This document shows, piece by piece, positions 12,734 through 24,500 of a stretch of DNA of 64,000 bases. The notes under the pieces are model-generated. The model searched no databases, had not been told where the DNA came from, and saw only the letters and a program-made list of their open reading frames with translations. The DNA comes from Octopus vulgaris (lineage: Eukaryota), in contig OX597832.1 in assembly GCA_951406725.2 (NCBI GenBank), positions 3,286,001-3,350,000 on the forward strand, given 5' to 3'. The position numbers were made by a program, and so were the translations under genes. Position 1 is the stretch's first letter. Every line of letters starts with the position of its first letter.

Positions 12734-15700
12734 ATATTGTTTTTATGTATGTATACATCTATGTATGTACTATAGAAGTAATGCGAAAAATAGTCAATAA
12801 AGCCTTTAAAATACACACCTTCAAACCTTTTAATCCTAATCCAGGTTCTCCCTTTTGTCCAGATCGTCCACTTGGGCCTGGTGTTCCTCTAAGACCAGGA
12901 ACTCCAGGGAGTCCAGGAACACCAGGATCACCCTGAAAATAAAAATAAAGTAACATAAAATGTTTGAAATTTATTGAACTTTTATATTTTTTTTACAACT
13001 TCATGATCCTGAACTAAAATCCATTTTTTTCTGAACTATTTCAGCTCATCATCTCATTATCCTGTTTCATCTCTGTAAACATTTGTTGATACAAGTATTC
13101 AATTATCTATTTAAATTGGAGATAAAGTGATTTACTCAAATGATATGAGATTCAACTTCAAGACTGATAGAAAACCCTTCATATAGGGGAATTAGAAAAT
13201 TTTGAATAGTAGCATATGAATCAAGTTTTATGCAAATTAGACACATTTTTTTCCCTGCCTCCCTGACACAAATCATTTAAGTATTAATTAGGAACTGCAC
13301 TGGCTTTAAGCTAATTTGATAAAAGCAACTTAAGTAAAATGGCTTATTTGAACGCTTAATTCAATGATAACTAGGTCTGGCACTGCTTAAAAATTTTGGA
13401 TCTAAAATCTGACAGTTGAACAATGAATGAATTTTGATCCTTTTTAATATTTTGTTCATTTCCCATTACATAGGTGTTATGAAATTCAGATATGTATTTA
13501 TACAACCTATGTAGACTATTATTATTGTTGAATTGCTCCACTCAGTGGAGGTTGATTATTTGTATGGTAAATAAGAAGCTACAGAGTAAATATTGCAAAA
13601 GTTGATAATTTAAAAAACTTTTAGCTCAGCACTACAAATTGACTAAATTCTCATCATTTATGCAATGTCTCACCATTCCACACTACAGTACTTATTTTAC
13701 ATCTATGTTATCTGGACTTGCAAGAGTAATATATATGAACCAAGGACACAGTGCAGTGCGAGTAACAAATTACAAAGTGTTGAATATTTGGCTTGTTACT
13801 GGAATTTTATCGATTTCTTAAGTTGCAATTCTCAATTAATTTAGCAATAATAACATTTCTGATAATTTTTCAAATGGATAACATGGTATAAAGTGAGAGG
13901 AGAAGAGGTATGATACAAAATGTAATCACATAGTCTGCCACACACTAAAACTATAAATCAGAAACATCTGAAGGTTGATGATTGAAGAATGATCATAAAA
14001 ATAAATGTTTTACCTGAGTTCCATTGCATCCATCTAGACCAGGAGAACCACGGGGTCCAACAGGACCAGGTACACCCTAAAATAAAAAAGAAATAATATT
14101 AATATTGAAATTATTTAACTGTGACCTATTAATAATATTGCTGGTATTCTCTTTGAAATTGAGAATGGATCAACATCAATGGAAATTGCAGCTGTGATAC
14201 CAGTGCCGGTGGTACGTAAGAGAACCATCCGAATGTGGCCATTGCCAGCGCCACCCCGACTGGTCTCGTGCTGGTGGCAAATAAAAAACACCATCCGACT
14301 GTGGCCGTTGCCAGCCTCGCCTGGCCCCCGTGCCGGTGGCACGTAAAAAGCACCATCCAATCATGGCCGTTTGCCAGCCTGGTCTGGCACCTGTGCCGGT
14401 GGCACGTAAAAAGCACCCACTACACTCACGGAGTGGTTGGCGTTAGGAAGGGCATCCAGCCGTAGAAACATTGCCGGATCAGACTGGGTCTGGTGCAGCC
14501 TTCTGACTTCCCAGACCCCAGTTGAACCGTCCAACCCATGCTAGCATGGAAAGCAGACGCTAAACGAAGATGATGATGATGATGATGATGATGATAATCA
14601 ACCAGATTTAACTTCTGTGGATTCACATGTAACTTAATATGCTAAAGTGGAATCCAAAATTCAAGTGCAGGATAGCTATTTGTTGTCCCCTATGAGAAGA
14701 GTTGATGTATTGGTTATTTTGCACAACTTTCTATTCTAACTTTTACTCTCTAAGATGTTTACTTCATATGCTGTATTGAAGTATTAGGCATTGATGCCAA
14801 AATGACTAGGATTCACAAAAACAAAATTCCATTGGTGATTATTATTATTATTATTATTATTATTATTGAAGGTGGTGAGCTGGCAGAATTGTTAGCGTGC
14901 AGGAAAAAATGCTTAGCAGAATTTCTTCTGTCTGTACACTCTGCGTTCAAATTCCGCCATGGTTGACTTTGTCTTTCATCCTTTTGGCGCCAATAAAATA
15001 AGTACTAGTTATGCACTGGGGTTGATGTAATTGACTAGCCCCAAAATTTCAGATCTTGTGCTCATAGTTGAAAGGATTATTATTATTATTAAGGTGGCAA
15101 GTTGGCAGAATTGTTAGCACTTCAGGTAAAATGCTTAGCAGTATTTCACCTGTCTTTATGTTCTGAGTTCAAATTCCACTGAAGTTGACTTTGCCTTTCA
15201 TCCTTTCAGGGTTGATAAATTAAGTACCATTTAAAAACACGGGTTGATGCAACTGACTTACCCCATCCCCCCAAAAATGGCTGCTCTTGTGGCAAAATTT
15301 GAAATCATTATTATCATTATTATAATTATCATTCTAGCGTTGTGGCAGAATTACTATTATTATTAAGGCGGTGAACTTAATAAGGCTTAGTAGCATTTTG
15401 TCTGCCTTTATATCCTGGGTCCAAATTCTGACAAGGTTGACTTTACCTTGCATCATTTGCTTTTCATACTGGGGTTGATGTAATCAACTTACTTCTTCCT
15501 TGAAATTGCTGGCCTTGTGCCAAAATTTGAAATTATTATTAACATTATTATAATTATCATTCTGGCATTGTGGCATTTCTTTCAACATTTTACATTTGAA
15601 GTTTAAATTTCACTGAGGTCAACTTTATATGTCATTCCTCTTTGGGGGGTGGGGTCAATAAAATAAAGTACCAGTTATGTACCTCCTCCTCTCAGAACTG

Positions 15701-18461
15701 CTGGTCTTGTGCCAAAATTTGAAAAAATCATCATCATCATCATCATTATTATTATTAGATGAAAACTCAAAGCTTATTTTGCTGGGTATGATGGGTGATG
15801 GTCGTTTGCTGGGTAAATGTCAGCTGTCCACAGCCAGCAGACTAAAGTGACACTTGTTTACTGGTCGTGCTTCAAGAAGAATGCGAAAAATTTTTGCAAT
15901 TCCAAGCAATGCTGATTTTTGTAAGAGTACTACCTTCACTCTTGCACCAATCTTATACTTCCAGGCGCACCAATTACTACTGGAATCACGTCTACTCTCA
16001 TTATTGATCACAAACATTATATTTCCCACTTCAAATCATCATAGGTGTATATTTTTTCTTCTTTCACACTGATTCTATTGTCAGGGCAAGCAATGTAGAT
16101 TATCATACATGTTCTTTCCTTTTTATTCACCAACAACGTCTATTTTCCAATGTCTGGTCAGGTGATTGCACTGGATCATTGTATCCAACAGGATTTTGCA
16201 ATTCTCATTCCTGGTAACTCCTTCTGGGGTTTTCTCATACCATGTCTTTGCTCTTTCTAGGCTGTGATTTCTACAGATTTCCCATAACATCTTTTATGTT
16301 GTTCCAATTTCGTGTATTCACTAACGATGTGCCATACTGTTTTACCCCTCTCATCACACATTCTGCATTTGTTGCTGTCAGCAGTGTTGTCCCTTCTGCA
16401 CTTCACATAGTTGGTCCTTAATGCTTATTCTTGAGTTTGCATATGAGTGCTTATGTCTCTTCAGGTCACCCCTCCTCATCCATAGCCACCAGTCCTCTGT
16501 ATCTGTCTTTGTATCTTACAAACTGACTTTTTTTTTGTTCCATGCTTTTTCTTTTTCTTTTGTTCATTTCTTGTTTAAATTTTTCTTTCATTACACAATT
16601 TTTAGTTTTGATGACACTGGCCTTCTTCATATGTTTCAACAATGGCTCTATGGAATTTTTTATATACTACCCTAAGCTGTTTTTCTCTGCTTTGATATAG
16701 TCCTAGCAGCTCATCAAATCTCTCCCATCCTTTCTTCTGGACATGTACAGCCTATCAGTGTCCTCTTAGGGTGGAAGGCTCTGTGTACTGTTAACATTTT
16801 TCTGGTCTTCGTATCCATTTTCATAATTTCTCTTTTTTGCCATTTTATAATACCTGCTCCATATTGAAGTGATGCTTTTGCCCACATATGCAACACCAAC
16901 TATTATTATCATTATTATCGTTATCATTATTATTATTATTATTATTACCTCTGCCTTAGCAAAGGTGGAGGTATTGTTTTCAGTCGTGTTCGTTCGTTTG
17001 TTTCGTCAGACAGGATATCTTGAGTGAAACTTTCAGGGATGTTTGACTTCGTGACTGGCAAGAAATGACTAGATTTTGGGATTGATCTGGTGCTGAATAA
17101 CGATTCTGAATTATTTTCCCTGTTTTTTACTTAATTTTTGAGAGTGGCTGGGTTCATCTTTAGCATTCTCGTTTGTGAGAGGAGTCAAGCTTATTTCAGA
17201 TATTCTCATTTTGAAAATCCTCCCTGGCTAATCGTTGGGAAGATGTTGGTGTTGCCTTGGTGGAGGTTTGTGCTCTCTGAGTGCTTTTATTATTATTTTT
17301 GTTTGGCTCAGGTTCGGTCTTATTCCTGGTAGGATTTATGTGGGTAGTGGGTTACTACCTGAAGCCTTAGGTATTCACAAGTTTTCAGCAGTCTTTCAAG
17401 TACTTAGAACCCTCCTGATAATCCTTGCTATCCCTAAGAGATAAACTTTCTGTAGGAGCTCTACCATGGTTTCTATTCCAATCTCTTTCAACCATTTATT
17501 TGTATGTTTCAACACACCAATTACCATAAGCATGACTTTTACTGTTCTCATGTTCCAAATTCTTCCTATTTCAAATTTTAAGGGATTGTATTTATTTTGT
17601 TTTTCTTCTTCTTTCTTTACAATCCTGGAATCAAATAGGCATGATAGATCGATCAGTAAGCAACTTCGTTTTTCCTAATCTATCATTGTTATGTCTGGTC
17701 TATTATTTTCTAGTTTCATGTTTGTTTGAATAGGAAAGTCCCACAAAATCTTATATTTCTCCAATTCCAATACTCTTTCAACTCAGTGATTGTAACATGT
17801 GTTTCCAGCTTCAAATTCTCATTTTTGACACACTTTCCAGTGTATAAATTTTACAACCTGGTTGTCTCCATTTCTTATGTTCTTCCTGTGCAAACTTGGG
17901 GCATTCTGTCACTATGTGTGCCACTGTCTCATTCCAAGTTCCACATTTTCTAATACATACTCTATATTTTTCTTACACATTTTATTCATATATATATTTT
18001 CTCAAGTTGTTTGTTTTTATTGCTTGATCTTGGGCTGCTACAATTTGGCTCTCTGTTTCTTTTTTAATTGCCCCTTTTTTTAACCAGGCCCAGGATTTTG
18101 TTCCACATATGTCTTCAGTGGCTCTCCAAAATTGGTCATTCAGGGGTTTTTCTTCAATCTGTCTGATGTGCTCTGTTTGTATTTCATTCTTTTCCTTTTC
18201 TCCTATTACGCACTTGATCACCTGTTCTTTATTTACTGTCTTTAGTAGTTTTTTTGTGCTGCTCTGAAAATACTCTACTAGGCTTCTTATTTCCATCTGT
18301 ACACATTCTTCTACCTCTATTAAGCTTCTTTCACTCTGGTCTTTCCTCAAGTACAGCCTGTTGATATCAGCTTGTCGGATGGTGGACTCTACACATTGTC
18401 AAAATTATTGACATTATTATTGTTGTTGTTATTATTATTATTGTTATTATCATCATCATCA

Positions 18462-18518
<57 letters not shown>

Positions 18519-21500
18519 GTTAGTTAGGGACTAAAGGGAAGACCCTCCCTTCTTTTATTTATTCAAGATTGGTGGGTAGAAGTGGAGAAGTTATCTTTAA
18601 ACTGGAGGCCTAGCCTGAAAGTTTTCCACAAAATGAAATGCACTAACGTTGTCTAAAGACCAAGTAGTTGCAATAAACTTGGTGTTGGGCTAAGCCTCCC
18701 ACTATTAGATATAAAACAATAAATAAATTATTGGCGATCAACTGTTTGATGATTAACTTAATAAATTATTCAAATGGGTAAAAAGATACTTTTAAATATA
18801 CCAAAATTTTACATATTAAAAGAATTAGAAAATCTGAAGGATACATACTGGAATTCCGTTCACACCTGGGAAACCTGGGATACCAATTTTTCCCTGAAAA
18901 TAACAAAGTTTGGAATCAACTGAGGGTGAAACAAATAAATCAGTCAATTTTCAAAGGTTAAAAAAAAACATTATTATCATATTATCACAAAAAGTTTCTA
19001 GATGAATATAAAATGGAAAAGCCATTTTTTAAATGAAAGAATTGTGAATTATTTTTATGAATGTCTTTTTTCTTTGAATTCAGAAGAAATATTGAATATA
19101 AAATTAAAATATATTACTCTGTCTCCTTTTAAGCCAACTGGTCCTGGTGGCCCTGCTCTTCCTTTCTCTCCTTTAGGTCCAATCAGTCCTTCGGGTCCTG
19201 GATAGCCACGGACCCCTTGAAGTCCAGGTGGTCCCATTGGTCCATGGGGACCCTTTACATAAGAAGAAAAAGAAAATTGGCAAAATATAAAACTAAATTA
19301 CAAAGCAATTGACAATGTTATTTCAAAGCTAAAACTAAAAGAATGTTTTAAAAATTAAATTTTTCTTTCCCTTGTTCTGTACACACATCCACACATATAT
19401 CTAAATCTATGTATCAAGTATTGCTTGTGGTCACCTTAATGTGGCTGTCATGTGGAAGTGATAGCATGAATACCTTGTCTTTCAGATACCCCTAAAGGAA
19501 AAAGTCACAAGGCGTTAGGCTGGATGACTTGTTGGAAGAGGCAGTCTATCATTGGCAAATCATTCACCCAAGCACAGCCAATCCAGTGTTCTGGAAGATA
19601 CTGGTTTAGGTAATTGTGTAGGTGTCTATGCCAATGTGGCCGGTCCCCATCTTGCTGCAAAATGAAGTTGAGTATCTCTTCTTCCAACAGGGTAATAACC
19701 AAATGGACAGCATGTCAAGATGGGTGTACCTTGTAACAGAGGACTCGGTGAAGAAGTAAAGCCCAAACACTCTTTGGTTTGTCATGATGCAGAAAACTTA
19801 CTTTTGGAAAATCGTGTTTACTTTCCAGTATGGCATGTGGATTTGCCAAGCCGCAAAATCTCAAATTATGCCAGTTCACTTTGCCTTTAAGGTGAAACCT
19901 AGCTTCGTTAGTAAACACAAGTCTATCTGTGAAACCATTCACCTTGAGCTGTGCTTGCAAATCCACACAGAACTCTCTTCATTTTGGTTTGTCCTTTCGT
20001 TTTAGCTCTTGTGCCAAGTGAAATTTGGAAGGTTTGAACTCCAGATATTTGTGTAACACATGCCACCTATATTGGAGGGAAAATTTCCACCTACATTGGG
20101 GGAAAATAAATTTCTGCAGAAAATATTTGCAACATCATTTCTGTATAAAGTAGAAGTGAAATTTGTTTAAGCGGTTGACAGTGCAAACTTGCTGCTGATG
20201 ATAACCAAATACATAGAATACAGAATCAAGCAATTCCACCACCACTGCTGGATGCTTTTCACCTGCTACTGATGCACATATATATGTGATGTTTTCTTGA
20301 GATGAATACCACAGTGTTGTGGCTTTCTTACAGTATATCCTCATTAAGTAAGCTATACAGGATTCTTTACAAAAGGGTCTTTTCTGTTGCTGTCAGTTTT
20401 CTATTTTTAAAAACTTTTGTTCCAATTGTTTTCAAATTTAGTGTACTGATTTAGTTTTGTATGCTAATTATCAAAATGAATTTCATTTTTCACATAAATA
20501 AATAAATAAATAAATAAAGCATTAATAGCTTTTAAAGTTGGCAAATTTTGGGTAATTTTAGCCAACTGAAAGCCACTGGTGCCTGTCTCCATAGTAAGAA
20601 ATGAAACTGTAATCTGCTTCCAGAATCACCATAACCACCACAAATATCTTCTTTTAATCTGTGCATTTTCTTTGACGATGACCCTTACCCTAATGTACAG
20701 AATCTTTTTGTAATTTTTCGAAAGCAAAACTTATTTCATTAAGAATTATTTTTCCTTTTTATATTATTTAGATGCCTGTTTAACCATTTAAAATGATTTT
20801 ATTCATGAAAACTAATTAAAACTTCTTTCAATTTTTATCATTGTAATTCTTTTATTCTTTTATTCTTTTATATGTTTCAGTCCAATGACTGTGGCCATGC
20901 TGGAGCACCTTTCATTTTGTCATTGTAATGTTTTTGCTTTCATTTTGTAATAGCTATCACACAAAAACTGCTAGCTTCCAAATTCTGTCTTCTAATTGGG
21001 TAAACATTTTTCTAAAATTTTAAACCTCTGTAAAATTTTTCTAAAATTTTTTTTTCTGGAATAAATGAATCACAAAATCAGATTCAGTGTGAAAAATTAC
21101 ATCAATGTATCAATTTTGAAAATTTTCACTTAATTCTATAAAACTTCAAAATCTTTGACAACGCCAGAAAAGATAAAAAAGGAAAAAGAAAATAAAGAAC
21201 TGGATCAATTTAATACTCCTATAAAATGTATATGTGAATAGAATCATAAAAGAAAACTTAACCCTATAAACGATGGTTGCAAGACTTTTTTTTTCAATAC
21301 TTTACAGAAAATCTCCGCACAAAGCGTTTTGTTATCAGACAACATAAGAAGGTCAACGAGTTGGTCCATCGTTAGCCCATCGGACAAAATATTTAACAGC
21401 AATTCTTCCAATTCCTGATGTTCCAAGTTCATATTCCGTCAAGGTTAGCTTTACCTTTCACTCTTTCAGGGGTGATAAAATAAAGTACCAGTCAAGTACT

Positions 21501-24500
21501 GATGTCAATGTCTTCTCCTACTCAAAACTGTGTCAAAATTAGAAAGAGTGGTGGAGTGACAGAAGCTATACAGTGGCACTTTATAGGCCTAACAACGTTT
21601 AGTGCTTCATATTTCTATATTTTGAGTTCAAAGAAACATTAGCAAATTACTAAAATAAGGTAAAATTAAAATCTTGTACTACGTGTATGTAGTATATGAA
21701 ACACTTTGCTCAGAGTCTCACTCATGTATATTTCATGAAATGAAAAGATGCTTTTATTGCTTGACATTGTGTTATTTTTTTATATATATATTTATTCTGT
21801 TTTGTTCTAATTTGGCATTATTCCAATTTATTAATATGTGATCTGCTTCTTTCTTTTTTGCTTGTAGGTTTATACTGTTTTTCTTGATTCTTACACCAGT
21901 TCATTGTCATGAGAGCAAAACTATGTTTTATATACAATTTTATGTCAAGTCAAATGTTAAAATTTTAGAGAGTTTTTCCATTCAAAACTGCTAAATCTAG
22001 AGTATTATATTTCTTGCATAAATCAAAATAAGTAATGTAGTATCAATATTACACCTCCCCAAGAATCAAATGGTTAATTAAAAAAAAAATATATATAAAT
22101 ATATTTTTCCATATTTTGTTATGAATGAATATAAGAAATTTCTAAAGGAAGGTCACAGGGTCAAGCAAGGTGATTCGGATGGGCATGTAAAAGATATAAT
22201 GTCAGCAATTATATTTAAATTCTTTAAATTATAAGCTGCAAGACTAAATTGTCACATTACATAGAGGAGTAGCAAAAATGACATACATATTAATTTGCAA
22301 ATCATTCTGGCAGATTCAAACATGAATATGTTTATTGAGGTGGCATTTTGTCTTTAGAGAACAAGCTCTCCTTTCTGAAGGTGTGTGTACACAACACACT
22401 CAATTCATTAAGTTAACAGGACTTTGAGACACTGAGGTGTTTTCATTTGGTTGTGTCTCTTCTGTCAAAGTTACCCAATCTAAACAAAAGATTTTTTTTT
22501 CAAAGAATTCAGTAAACAAACTAGTGCATAAAGTACTAAATTCACTTCTTAATTAAATTAATGAATTTTTTAATATCAAAAAATTCTTCTGTGTTTTTCC
22601 AGTAAGAAAATAAATTTTTGATTATTTGAGATTAAATAAATTATTTTAACTTATTTGGATATTTATCTTTGAATTATATTTTAACTGTTAACGTCCTGTT
22701 GAACACAGTGATCCTGTAATGATTTTGTTGTAGAACAGATATGAACGATAGAAGACAGGAGTTTTCTCCCTTGTTAATTTGATTCTTGAGATATCGTTTC
22801 AGGACTGGTCGAGTGTATGGTAATTAAGAGTTAAATTATAAATCTAATTAAATCTGAACTTCAAGTTTTATATAATTATCAGTATTTAGAGTTAAAGTTC
22901 ATATAATGAATTGGTTTATTTTTAAATATGTTCTCTAAAATACTTGTTCATCAAATGTGAGGTTGGTCTAGAAGTATTATTTGTACAGAAGTTTGGTGAT
23001 TATCTCATGGCAAAGTTCTTAAAAAATACTGAATAACTGAAGAATGAAGAAGAGAGAAAAAAAAAGGTGGGGAGATCGTGCATTTTGCAATTCTATTCAG
23101 CATGTTAATTTTAAAATACATGGCTGGTATTTTTAAAAAGTAACGTTTTTATTCTCTCTATTCAAAGCAAAGATGATATGTTAACAATATATAAAAGGTG
23201 CTTTTCAAAAGGAGACTGTCAAAATATCTTTCCTTCATAACTCAGGAGAACATTTGAAGTAATGGAAATGCTGAAAGATGAAATTTTCCAGATTTCTTTT
23301 CATGACTAGTGTAAAAATTAAAAATTACCACTTTGACTTCTCTTGTGGAACAAATGAAACATTTACATGAAATTTTGATCTGTAATAATTCTTGTCAACA
23401 TTTTAAAATATTCTTCTCTATTATTTAATGAATAAAGTGCAGTAATCACTTAGCCTCTGAAGGCAACATCCAAGTTATTCTTACATTAAAACCTCTGATA
23501 TTTAGGATGGTGTTGTATTAAAACTAAAAACAACATTATTTTTCATCAACCTTAAGTGTGTAGCAGTATCTGATATCCTCACTATTTGGGAGACACAACA
23601 GGAATGATCTCGTTTGAGATTACAGCCATCTTTGGCTGGGTTGTTCCTTTTGTGTCCGCTGATCTGATTGGTTGGCATGTGGCGCGGTTTGTCTCTACTT
23701 ATTTTGCGCCACTGCAAAGCCAACCAATCATGGCCTTTGGTTAAGGTTTCGTGACACTGTTTTTCCTAGGCTCTGTTTGAGCCATTTCTCCTCTATATAA
23801 AGGGCTTGCTTTCAGTATACAGGGTCTTTGACTCAAGACCTTTTAAGGTCCAGTCTAGTCACTGACCAGCATCGTACTCAGCCATGTTCCAGTTTCCAGC
23901 GACAGACAACCAGTCAGCCAGCCACTACGACACTATTATACACCAACGACAGACAGAGCGTCTTCTATCTCTGCCGCCGTCGTCAGCATTATCGTACCAA
24001 CTTTATGTCGTCCCTACCATCGTCAACTTCAGATATGTACACACCAACTACACAGACTCACGCTGTTAGAGTGAACCTTTCACCAAGTAAAACAGTCCAT
24101 CTGAAGAATTCTATATTAAGAGACCCAGCTCGGCTTTGAGGCTACAACCATGTCACAGCATTTTCACCAAACATGCCTCTGCCTCAAGACACAACTTCTT
24201 GTATAGAACTCTTGCATATCCTGTACTTCATGCATGAACTGGTAATCTAAATTCCATCTTAACACTAGGCTGAGACTTTCATCTTATAGTCTGTATTTCT
24301 GTGTTATACACGTTCACCTTTGTATCTGTCACACAGACACAAACACTTGTTGCATGCACACATACACAACACTTGCTAGCACTCACAACACTCTAACTTT
24401 AACACTTTGTTAATAAAATCTTCTCTTCTCTCAAACAGTGGAATGGCTTGTCGTCATTCATTTATATTCTGTTGGCACTGTATTATATAAGTTGTATTAT

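Noticed and set aside
14203-14420. Regularly spaced ~25-bp repeats resembling a CRISPR array
   Set aside because: Eukaryotic context, the linkers are related to each other, the unit recurs in dispersed SINE-like copies, and there are no cas genes.
20350-21170. Possible DNA-transposon termini around an AT-rich segment
   Set aside because: The inverted match is too degenerate to define ends or a TSD by eye.
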